Shown: positions 46,534 to 54,596 of the stretch, in pieces
Position numbering within the stretch: position 1 is the first letter of the stretch
Layout of the letters: each line of letters begins with the position of its first letter
Assembly: GCA_020428585.1 (NCBI GenBank)
Contig: JAGQMP010000005.1
Coordinates: 6,152 to 70,151 of the forward strand
DNA: 64,000 bases
Reading direction: 5' to 3'
Source of the DNA: Patescibacteria group bacterium
GTDB taxonomy: Bacteria > Patescibacteriota > Minisyncoccia > Phycocordibacterales > UBA1006
Translations under genes and position numbers: made by a program
Notes under the pieces: model-generated
What the model was told of the DNA's origin: nothing
Database searches by the model: none
What the model saw: the letters and a program-made list of their open reading frames with translations, nothing else

Positions 46534-46818
46534 ATTAAGCTTTCGATAGAGCGCACCTGTCAGCACCAGGACAAAGAATCCAGCAAGGAGAATTCCTAAT
46601 GGATTATCAGCCAGATATGGCGTGCGGTCGATAATTTTTTCAAATCCATAAAACACCGCCACTCCACCAAAGGTCGAGAGTCCAAGGAAGAGGAAGGGGA
46701 ACTTTTGGACGGCATTCTGCTGAACGGTGACGACTTTTTTCTCGATATCTTGTTCAACATGTTTAGCGTGCTCAAAAAATGTTTCGTGTTGATGTTGATC
46801 TGATGGTTTTACCATATG
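46531..46818 (-). CDS. Small hypothetical membrane protein
   Basis: Two C-terminal TM segments. Start set at the internal MVKPSDQ. Confidence 0.4.
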   Translation of the reverse strand, partial: HMVKPSDQHQHETFFEHAKHVEQDIEKKVVTVQQNAVQKFPFLFLGLSTFGGVAVFYGFEKIIDRTPYLADNPLGILLAGFFVLVLTGALYRKLN

Positions 46819-46858
46819 TCCTATTGTACCAAGAACTATTTCAAAATAAAGAATAAGT

Positions 46859-46978
46859 AAACGATAAAAACAGGATGAAGGGTAAGGCAAAATGCGCACG
46901 AATTTGCGAGCGGTAGCAACCTACCGTGAACAAATTCGTGCGCATTTTAACGCAACAATTCGTCTGTTTTTATCGTTT
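46859..46978. repeat. 120-bp nested inverted repeat: outer arms aaacgataaaaacag / ctgtttttatcgttt, inner arms aaaatgcgcacgaatttg / caaattcgtgcgcatttt, central hairpin cggtag-caac-ctaccg. The right outer arm overlaps the rpsI stop codon.
   Basis: Arms checked by hand as perfect complements, separated by a symmetric 15 x 15-nt internal loop. Confidence 0.7.
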
Positions 46979-47368
46979 ACTCCAGGCTGGACGCTTGCGA
47001 GCCTTCCGTAATCCCGGCTTCTTTCGTTCCTTTCGGCGCGGATCACGTTTCAGGTACCCAGCTGCTTTCAAGGCACCACGCAACCCTTCGTCGTACTTTT
47101 CGAGCGCTCGTGCGATACCGTGTCGGATAGCATCAGCCTGAGCTGAAATACCTCCACCTCGGACGATGACTGATACGTTGAACTGATCCTTGGTCTCGAC
47201 CGTTGAAAACGGTGACCGAACTACTTTTCGTAACTCTTCGACGGTAAAGTATTCATCAAGTGGACGATCATTCACGATGATCGTCATCTTGGTATCAGGC
47301 GTGAGGCGAACCTGCGCGCTTGCGTTCTTTCGTCGGCCAATGGCCGGAATGTAAGTCTTATCTGCCAT
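46970..47368 (-). CDS. rpsI: 30S ribosomal protein S9
   Basis: YIPAIGRRKNASAQVRL...KRPAWSKR. Confidence 0.95.
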   Translation of the reverse strand: MADKTYIPAIGRRKNASAQVRLTPDTKMTIIVNDRPLDEYFTVEELRKVVRSPFSTVETKDQFNVSVIVRGGGISAQADAIRHGIARALEKYDEGLRGALKAAGYLKRDPRRKERKKPGLRKARKRPAWSKR

Positions 47369-47372
47369 AGCC

Positions 47373-47732
47373 TTAGTCGTTAATCGTAAGATTTTTCATC
47401 ATTACGGCTCGTAACTTGTTGTTTGGAAGCATGCCATAGACAGCTTTCTCAAACACGTCTCGGTACCCCTTGCGATCGATGAGGTGTTCACGAGATTCGT
47501 GGGTAAGTCCCCCTGGGTAACCCGAGTAACGCTTATATTCACGTTCGAGTTGTGCATCAGAGAGTGCTACCTGTGAAGCATTATTTACCACCACGTGCAC
47601 CTTGGGTGCCACGTTCGGGGTAAAGCTTGGTTCATTCTTGCCACGCAACACCATAGCAATCTCGGTCGCCAAGCGACCAAGACTCTGTCCTGTTGCATCA
47701 ATAATATATTCCCTTGTTTCTGAGGTAGTCAT
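47373..47732 (-). CDS. rplM: 50S ribosomal protein L13
   Basis: 119 aa. Conserved rplM-rpsI pair. Confidence 0.9.
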   Translation of the reverse strand: MTTSETREYIIDATGQSLGRLATEIAMVLRGKNEPSFTPNVAPKVHVVVNNASQVALSDAQLEREYKRYSGYPGGLTHESREHLIDRKGYRDVFEKAVYGMLPNNKLRAVMMKNLTIND

Positions 47733-47737
47733 GATTC

Positions 47738-48091
47738 TTATACAAATTCAATGACGGCCATAGGACTGGCATCGCCTTTTCGCTGAGGGAGTTTCGTGAT
47801 ACGCAAGTATCCACCATCCCGGTCAGCGTAGCGAGGCGCAATCTCATCGACCAATTGGTTTGCCAAGGTTTCTTGATTACCAAGGCGCGCCCTGAGGAGT
47901 CGTCGTGAAGCCATGTCGCCTGACTTTGCCTTGGTGACCATCTTTTCAATGTACGGGCGCAATTCTTTGGCGCGTGCTTCCGTGGTTTTGATGGAACCAT
48001 GACTAATCAAGGCAACCGCGAGGGACCGAATAAACCCACGCCTGACGTTGGCTTTTCGTCCGAATGTTCGGTTTTTTCTTCCGTGTCTCAT
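47738..48091 (-). CDS. rplQ: 50S ribosomal protein L17
   Basis: MRHGRKNRTFGRKANVRRG... Follows rpoA as in the canonical cluster. Confidence 0.9.
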   Translation of the reverse strand: MRHGRKNRTFGRKANVRRGFIRSLAVALISHGSIKTTEARAKELRPYIEKMVTKAKSGDMASRRLLRARLGNQETLANQLVDEIAPRYADRDGGYLRITKLPQRKGDASPMAVIEFV

Positions 48092-48098
48092 GGGTTCG

Positions 48099-49100
48099 TT
48101 ACTTAACTTCTTTTAAGGTGAGCTTGAAGGTGGCAAGGGTTTCCTCTACCTCCTCAAGGCTCTTGTCCCCGAATCCGTCAATATCGAGGAGGTCGGCAGC
48201 GGTCTTTTGAACCAAACCACCAAGGGTGCGAATGCTCGCTTCGCTGAGGGCCTTTTCGGTCCTGGTAGAAAAGTCGAGGGTATCGATACGTGTCTTGAGT
48301 AACTCAACACGCTCTTCTTCATCGATATCATCAGCTTCAACGACGCGGATAATGCCGTCATCGGTATCGGGTGATGATATCGTATCGGTTGATCGAGTAT
48401 CCTCAATAACCTTGAGGTCGAGGATACTCTTGAATTGCTCGATCATAATCTTCAGAGCTTGTTCGAGGGCATCTTTGGCCGTCATACTGCCATCAGTTTC
48501 AAGGGTGATGCGCAAGAGATTGTAATCGGTTCGGTCTCCTACACGCATGTGTTCAACTTCATAGTTAACTTTGCGAATAGGGCTAAAGATAGCATCAACG
48601 AGGATGGTACCAATAGGCGGCTTTGCAGTTGAGAAATCTTCCTTTGATACGAAACCGATGCCTTTTGCAAGGGTGAGTTCGATATCGAGGGTACCTGTTT
48701 TGGTCGTGATTTCTGCCAGATACTGATCCGGGTTCATGACCTCGATATTACCGGTCGTATCAAAATCGGCTGCGGTAACCGGCCCGTCTCCTTTCTTTGA
48801 AAGAGTCACGGTTGCCTCGCCATCAGTATGGAGAGCGAATCGAACTTTTTTAAGGTTAAGGAGAATCGTCAAGACGTCTTCCTTTACCCCGGCAAGGGTC
48901 GCAAACTCGTGCTCAGCCCCCTTGATCTTGACCGAAATGATCGAGACGCCAGGAAGTGAAGAAAGAATAATTCTTCGAAGTGAGTTACCAAGGGTGTGGC
49001 CATAGCCAGGATAGAGACCCTCGATCTCGTAGATACCTTTTGATCCCTCTTCTTCTACGACGTTTAGTTTTTTAGGTAGGACGATGTGCTGGTGGAACAT
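48099..49100 (-). CDS. rpoA: DNA-directed RNA polymerase alpha subunit
   Basis: N-terminal dimerisation domain LEPLERGYGHTLGNSLRR-type (GYGHTLGNSLRRILLSSLPG). C-terminal alpha-CTD HhH. Confidence 0.95.
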   Translation of the reverse strand: MFHQHIVLPKKLNVVEEEGSKGIYEIEGLYPGYGHTLGNSLRRIILSSLPGVSIISVKIKGAEHEFATLAGVKEDVLTILLNLKKVRFALHTDGEATVTLSKKGDGPVTAADFDTTGNIEVMNPDQYLAEITTKTGTLDIELTLAKGIGFVSKEDFSTAKPPIGTILVDAIFSPIRKVNYEVEHMRVGDRTDYNLLRITLETDGSMTAKDALEQALKIMIEQFKSILDLKVIEDTRSTDTISSPDTDDGIIRVVEADDIDEEERVELLKTRIDTLDFSTRTEKALSEASIRTLGGLVQKTAADLLDIDGFGDKSLEEVEETLATFKLTLKEVK

Positions 49101-49168
49101 AGTGGTGATACGCTGAAAGTTAGGTGGTAAACGGGGACGCCTCTTGTGGCGTCACGTTGAAGGTGCGA

Positions 49169-49780
49169 CTAACGGCTGTAGAACTCGATAATTGATTGAA
49201 AATCAAAGAATGGTTCTGGGTCTTTGGGTTCGCCGGTGACCGTGACGGTCTGTGCCTTGACATCAACCGACAGCCAACCCGGTACGTTTGCTGAAGCGAG
49301 TCGTTCACTGATATCAGCAAAGACGGTCTTGGTCTTGCTGCCCTCGCGGATGCTGATAACGTCGCCTTTCTTGACGAGGTACGATGGTACGTCGAGTCGC
49401 TTGCCATTCACGAGAAAGTGTCCGTGGGTAGCGAGCTGTCGGCCAAAGGCTCGTGTTGAGGCGAATCCTGATCGGTAGATCACATTATCGAACCGAGATT
49501 CGATGGTCTTGAATAATACTTCAGATGGAACCAAGCCTCGTTTGGCCGCATCCATAGCCTTGTCAACGTAGGTGCGGAACTGTTTTTCCGAAACGCCGTA
49601 CGAGAACCTGACGCGCTGTTTTTTAATCAGCGAGAGTCCGTAATCAGTCGGACGCTTTGGACGACCGGTTCGTGCCTTTGAACGTTTCTGTTCAGCGAGC
49701 ATGAACTTTTGTCCTTGCGTCTTTTCATATACGCCCGCGCCGAGACGTCGAGCAATTTTGTACTTCTTAATCTTTGCCAT
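49169..49780 (-). CDS. rpsD: 30S ribosomal protein S4 (no N-terminal zinc ribbon)
   Basis: S4 domain [49 protein letters not shown]. Confidence 0.9.
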   Translation of the reverse strand: [203 protein letters not shown]

Positions 49781-49789
49781 AGTGATTTA

Positions 49790-50224
49790 CTAGACCCGTC
49801 GCGGCTTAGGAGGACGTGGTCCATTGTGAGGAACCGGGGTCTTGTCCTGAATTCGGTTAATCTCGATGCCATGAGCGACAAAGCCTCGTACCGCAGATTC
49901 GCGACCTGAACCAACGCCTTTTACGATAACGTCAACTTCTTTGATACCCATCATGGCCGCCTTTTCACCGAGAACTTCGCCAACCTTGGCAGCAGCAAAC
50001 GGGGTTCCCTTCTTGGCACCCTTGAATCCGAGGGCACCTGAAGACGAGAACATAACGGCATTCCCGTCGAGGTCAGTGACGAGGGCCTTGGTGTTATTGT
50101 AGGTTGATTGTACGTGGAGGATGGCCTTGGCAAGTTTTTTCTTTGGCACGCGAGAGAGCGAGCGAGACTTGAGGCTCTTGTCCATCGTACGACCTTTTTG
50201 TTTTACAATTCGTTTCTTTCCCAT
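49790..50224 (-). CDS. rpsK: 30S ribosomal protein S11
   Basis: AILHVQSTYNNTKALVTDLDGNAV...GSGRESAVR. Confidence 0.95.
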   Translation of the reverse strand: MGKKRIVKQKGRTMDKSLKSRSLSRVPKKKLAKAILHVQSTYNNTKALVTDLDGNAVMFSSSGALGFKGAKKGTPFAAAKVGEVLGEKAAMMGIKEVDVIVKGVGSGRESAVRGFVAHGIEINRIQDKTPVPHNGPRPPKPRRV

Positions 50225-50233
50225 AAGCGTGTA

Positions 50234-50599
50234 CTATTTCTTACCTGAACCCATGGTCATACGCTTGTTACCGCGTCGGGTTCGGCTGTTGGTCTTGGTT
50301 CGCTGACCACGTGATGGCAGCTTTCGGCTGTGACGACCTCCTCGATACGAGTCAATGTCGATCAAACGTTTAACGTTTTGACTGATGGCTCGCTTGAGGT
50401 CACCTTCGAGGGTCATTTTTTCAATGATGTCGCGGAGCTTTTTTTCTTCAGCTTCGGTGACATCTTTTGTCTTCTTGAAGGGATCAACACCGGCTTGGGT
50501 AGCGATCTTCTCGGCACGGGCAAGCCCGATACCATAGAGGACGGTCATTCCGTAGCGGAGTTGTTTGTTGTCTGGAATAGTGATACCAAAAATTCTCAT
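50234..50599 (-). CDS. rpsM: 30S ribosomal protein S13
   Basis: MRIFGITIPDNKQLRYGMTVLYGIG...RGQRTKTNSRTRRG. Confidence 0.95.
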   Translation of the reverse strand: MRIFGITIPDNKQLRYGMTVLYGIGLARAEKIATQAGVDPFKKTKDVTEAEEKKLRDIIEKMTLEGDLKRAISQNVKRLIDIDSYRGGRHSRKLPSRGQRTKTNSRTRRGNKRMTMGSGKK

Positions 50600-50633
50600 A
50601 CTTCGTGTAGATTAGGTGAACGCAAAACGGGCC

Positions 50634-50747
50634 CTACTGGCGAGCCTTGTTTTTAGGGTTCTTTTTATTAATACGGTACAGTCGACCCTTTCGTCGTACG
50701 ATGATGTCGTCTGCGCTGCGCTTCTTAACTGAGGATTTAACTTTCAT
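50634..50747 (-). CDS. rpmJ: 50S ribosomal protein L36 (cysteine-free, zinc-independent type), 37 aa; absent from the ORF track
   Basis: Hand translation of the minus strand gives [37 protein letters not shown]. Canonical position between infA and rpsM. Confidence 0.75.
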   Translation of the reverse strand: MKVKSSVKKRSADDIIVRRKGRLYRINKKNPKNKARQ

Positions 50748-50830
50748 ATTATATATAAGGTGTCATCACCTTCTGGTGATGTACTTTCTAGGTCCATGAG
50801 CTAAGACCATAGAAAAAATACCGCGATACA

Positions 50831-51046
50831 CTAGAGCCTCTTGATGACGCGCCCTTTGCCTCCATACGGATCGAGGAGTACCTCAACCCGATCACCAACA
50901 AGGATTCTAATCCGGTATAATTTCATCTTTCCAGAGAGGTATGCGAGGTGAGTCCCCTCTTCACCATCAAACTGGATGCGAAACATGGTATTCGGAAGAT
51001 TTTCCACCACTACGCCAACTTTCGTGTTCTGTTCGTTTGAGCTCAT
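50831..51046 (-). CDS. infA: Translation initiation factor IF-1
   Basis: S1-like OB fold GVVVENLPNTMFRIQFDGEEGTHLAYLSGKMKLYRIRILVGDRVEV. Start ambiguous (51046 or 51061). Confidence 0.85.
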   Translation of the reverse strand: MSSNEQNTKVGVVVENLPNTMFRIQFDGEEGTHLAYLSGKMKLYRIRILVGDRVEVLLDPYGGKGRVIKRL

Positions 51047-51079
51047 TGCGATGGCGACCATACTAGCAGAAAGCACATT

Positions 51080-52435
51080 TTAGTCAACACGTCCATCCCC
51101 ACCGATGGTGAGACGTTCTTCTTCGACAATAACCTCAATGCGATCAAGGTCATCGGTAAGGGTCGTTCGCCACAAAGGCGTCACCGATACGGTCGCTCGA
51201 TCAATGGTGGCAAGATGATCAAAGATCGTGCCTACCTCTGAAAGGGCCTGTCCTGAGAGCTCTCGCGCGATCTGTTCTTTATCAGGATTCCATGCAAAAA
51301 GCGGGGTTCCTGATACGGCTACGGTTATCGGCCCGAGGCGATCATAATCTATCCTAGGTCCATGGTAGGCGACCAAAAGGTCACGAGGGTCAACAACGTT
51401 GGCTGGATTCACGAGATCTTCACTTGAGGCCAGGATAACGGCAGACGCATACAGATCACCAGTGGCAATACCTAAAGACACCATAGTTCCCCGTTGAGTG
51501 ACTAATCCTGCACTACCCGATTCATCGAACACCGACATTGGTTCATTAAGAAGAAACGATTCTGATCCAAGAATAAGAGACAGGTTATCGGTTTTTTCTT
51601 TACCAAGACGAAGAGCAAGACGATCTTTTAATTCAGTTTCAAGTTCAATCGTCCTTGCTGCGAGTTCTTCTTCGGTGATGTAAGGTTCCGTACCGATAAA
51701 CCCACCTTCAAAGGGGGCGGTCGACGTTGCATAGATCCCGTTGTACTTGTCATCGAGTCCAAGTTCACGAAATCCTGGAATCGTGAAATCACTCGGCGCA
51801 ATATTGTAATCACTACCTGCTTCGGCAGCGTATAAGGTTACCGTGATGCTTCCCGGGGTTTCGCCGTCTTTGCCGGGAATGATGACTTCTTCATCACCAA
51901 GCGAGAATACCTTCGTGCCTGCTGTCTCAAAACGGGTCCCCGATAAGAGTCGCTGAGGCTCGGTGCTGTAATCATTAAACACAATCGCGCGACCTTCGGC
52001 GCGACGTTCTACCGGGCGAGTGCCAGAGGCAACGACAGGTACCGACACCTCGTCGGTGACAGCGATGACTTCAAGACCGGTTTGACCTTCTTTGGGTGAA
52101 AAAACCAAATTCATGGTTCCATCAATAGTCAGGTATCCGATTCTAGGATCAATCGTAATCGTGGCTCGAGTATGGGTATTCGCAAGTGGAATGAGAATCG
52201 CCGCGTATAGACCAAGTACTGTTGGGTATTTGAGCCATCGCCAGTTTCGTCGAAACCAAGGAATCATACTTTTTATATGAACACTTTCTCTCTTTTGATT
52301 GATAAGAGATATTGATTCACCTTTTGTTTCAAGGGGTTGAATAGTTTCAGTTTGTGAAAAAAACAACTCTGGACGAGCCTTGGTTCGAATATCTCGAGGA
52401 GTTATTCTTTTTTTGGTTCGCTTGATTCCATCCAT
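51080..52435 (-). CDS. Hypothetical single-pass membrane protein (short basic cytoplasmic N-terminus, TM, ~370-aa extracytoplasmic domain)
   Basis: TM YPTVLGLYAAILIPLA. Sits where secY-adk-map normally lie. Confidence 0.5.
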   Translation of the reverse strand: MDGIKRTKKRITPRDIRTKARPELFFSQTETIQPLETKGESISLINQKRESVHIKSMIPWFRRNWRWLKYPTVLGLYAAILIPLANTHTRATITIDPRIGYLTIDGTMNLVFSPKEGQTGLEVIAVTDEVSVPVVASGTRPVERRAEGRAIVFNDYSTEPQRLLSGTRFETAGTKVFSLGDEEVIIPGKDGETPGSITVTLYAAEAGSDYNIAPSDFTIPGFRELGLDDKYNGIYATSTAPFEGGFIGTEPYITEEELAARTIELETELKDRLALRLGKEKTDNLSLILGSESFLLNEPMSVFDESGSAGLVTQRGTMVSLGIATGDLYASAVILASSEDLVNPANVVDPRDLLVAYHGPRIDYDRLGPITVAVSGTPLFAWNPDKEQIARELSGQALSEVGTIFDHLATIDRATVSVTPLWRTTLTDDLDRIEVIVEEERLTIGGDGRVD

Positions 52436-52440
52436 AGAAG

Positions 52441-53586
52441 CTAGCGTGAGATTAACTTCAATCCGATGACCGCAGCCACGATACCAAGCTCATGGTCGCC
52501 TGGTTCAACTGGTAAATCAACCATCTCGATATCAGCACGGCCAGCAAAGTGTTCGCGCAGGTGGTCGTCAGCAAGTAGTCGTTCCTTAAACCACGCGAGG
52601 TCTTCGCGATGTCCTTTCATGACCATCGTATGTGGTAGCAATCCCTCTGACGAGAATCGATTAATTAATTCATAGAAAGAATCGAACCATGATTCAAAAG
52701 CTCTTTCTAAGATCGGACGAATACGTTGTTCGTAATCGTCGTCAAGGCGGCCTTCAGCGGAACGTTTCAACATAGCTGCGGCTTCTTTGAATGAGGTATC
52801 AAGGCCATTCTGAAAAGTTCTCACCACATGACGAGTCCCAACTGGTACGGAACCAATACCTACCAAGTGATCGTCCTTGATCACCGATAGTTCAGTCGTC
52901 TCACCCGAAAGATCAAGCAGAATCACATCGTTCAAATGCGGCGTCAGGTGCCTGATCGCCAGGTACCCAATCGCCGTATTCGATAGCATCGTCGGTTCGC
53001 GATGGAATACCTCATGGATTACCTTGGTAAAGGCGTCCTTGGTCGTCACTGACATCACACTGACGAGCGAGTGGATCTCTAGGTTCGTCAACGCCTTTCC
53101 TACCAAGTCTCGAACGGGATACCCGTTTGCATAATAATCAGTCGTCATAACATCAACCACAACTACCCGGTGGTCTTTGTAGACGCGATTTTTTTTCAGA
53201 TCATAATCCTTGATCTGATCTTCGATACCTGACACATCAGCCTGGGTGACAGTCGTTTCGCGATCGTAGTGTTTTTTGGTAATACGTCGTTCGGCTGACA
53301 GCCATGGAGCACCGACGTTGAGGTACAGATCTTCGATTGGAATAAGCGCGTCTTTTTGGATCTGGGTAGCTACCTGTTTCAAGGTTTTCAAGGTCGCGTC
53401 AAAAAATCGTTCAAAGGGATAGATTTCCCCCTTGGTGATGGCTTTCCTGACCGACGATAATTCTTCGTGGCTGACAACCGCTCCCGCAGCATCGTAGCCA
53501 ATGCGAAACAAACCCCCGCCGACACTGTGCGAATCGACGTCAAAGACCAGATAATGTTTGATTGCCGCGGGTTTTTTCGGAGCCAT
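52441..53586 (-). CDS. ASKHA-superfamily actin-like ATPase (FtsA/PilM-like or Ppx/GppA-like)
   Basis: Phosphate-1-like YLVFDVDSHSVGGGLF. Phosphate-2-like VILLDLSGETTELSVI...GIGSVPVGTRHV. Confidence 0.45.
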   Translation of the reverse strand: MAPKKPAAIKHYLVFDVDSHSVGGGLFRIGYDAAGAVVSHEELSSVRKAITKGEIYPFERFFDATLKTLKQVATQIQKDALIPIEDLYLNVGAPWLSAERRITKKHYDRETTVTQADVSGIEDQIKDYDLKKNRVYKDHRVVVVDVMTTDYYANGYPVRDLVGKALTNLEIHSLVSVMSVTTKDAFTKVIHEVFHREPTMLSNTAIGYLAIRHLTPHLNDVILLDLSGETTELSVIKDDHLVGIGSVPVGTRHVVRTFQNGLDTSFKEAAAMLKRSAEGRLDDDYEQRIRPILERAFESWFDSFYELINRFSSEGLLPHTMVMKGHREDLAWFKERLLADDHLREHFAGRADIEMVDLPVEPGDHELGIVAAVIGLKLISR

Positions 53587-53630
53587 ATCGTAGGTTTATT
53601 GTAGCATAAACAAAAACCCCGTAGATAAAA

Positions 53631-53656
53631 AAACGCTTCCTGTACGGAAAGCGTTT
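53631..53656 (-). terminator. Intrinsic terminator aaacgcttcc-tgtac-ggaaagcgttt
   Basis: Hairpin followed by a U-run on the minus strand. Confidence 0.55.
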
Positions 53657-53699
53657 GTGACTATTAAGGGTCAAAGAACTCAATACATTTTGTAAGGTA

Positions 53700-54392
53700 C
53701 TAAGTACTTAAGGACTCATCCAAGTCGTAGAAGCAAAGAAGGACATGCCTAGAATCCCGAGGGCTCTCGAACCAAGCAAGATGAAAACGCCAGTCACCGT
53801 CCGGGTACCGATATACACTCGGTAACCCGTGGTCGCCATGAGCGTCTTTCCGAAGTGCACCCTTTTCATCAAAGGAAACCGTGAATTTCCCTGTTGGGAA
53901 GATGTCGGGTTGATCTGCTTGTAGTGCAGTTAGACCTTGAGCGCCTACTTTCAAGTAACTATTTGCATCCATAAAAGCAAGGCAATGTTCGCTCTCAACG
54001 CCTTCCCAAATTGGATGCATTTTGATTCCGTAGGTCTTGCCCGGTACCAACTTGTTCGTTGCTTTGGCAAAGTTCTTGCTTGTTAACTTATCGTCGTAGT
54101 ACTGCGTTGATTTCAGCTTGCGAGTTTTTGTTCCAAAGTCATCAATTTGGGTGTCGTGGTTGTAGTTGCCAGATACCGTGTAGGTTCCTTTTCCCTCCAG
54201 CAAATCTTCACCAAATTGGTGAAATTCTACAGGTACCACTTTTGTTCGCCCTGCAAGGAATGCATTAATTCCCTCTGTACCGCCGTGTTTGTTCCAAACA
54301 GCTTCGATACGTCCTAATGTTTCTTTACTATATTTCATTGTCAAATAATTTGTGAGCTTATAGCTCGATTTTTGATTACTTCCGGCAATCAC
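53700..54392 (-). CDS. Hypothetical protein
   Basis: 230-aa ORF. No motif recognised. Start may be the internal MKYSKE. Confidence 0.4.
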   Translation of the reverse strand: MIAGSNQKSSYKLTNYLTMKYSKETLGRIEAVWNKHGGTEGINAFLAGRTKVVPVEFHQFGEDLLEGKGTYTVSGNYNHDTQIDDFGTKTRKLKSTQYYDDKLTSKNFAKATNKLVPGKTYGIKMHPIWEGVESEHCLAFMDANSYLKVGAQGLTALQADQPDIFPTGKFTVSFDEKGALRKDAHGDHGLPSVYRYPDGDWRFHLAWFESPRDSRHVLLCFYDLDESLST

Positions 54393-54596
54393 GATCGAAA
54401 CGATATGTTTCTGATTTCATAAATAAATATATTATATATAAATATTTATGTCAATAATTATACACTAAAAACAAAAAACCAGATGAAGTTCGAGGCAGCG
54501 AGGAAGATAGGTACGAGACGTAGTCTACCTACAGTGAGTATCTATATTCTGAAGCCAACCTGTTTGCCGACAGCCAGGCAAAGAAATTCGCAAAAA

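Noticed and set aside
54393-54596. AT-rich spacer upstream of alaS containing tttctgatttcataaa, as a possible third copy of the dnaB/dnaK repeat
   Set aside because: Similarity is limited to ~14 nt with indels. Below what I can distinguish from AT-rich background by eye.
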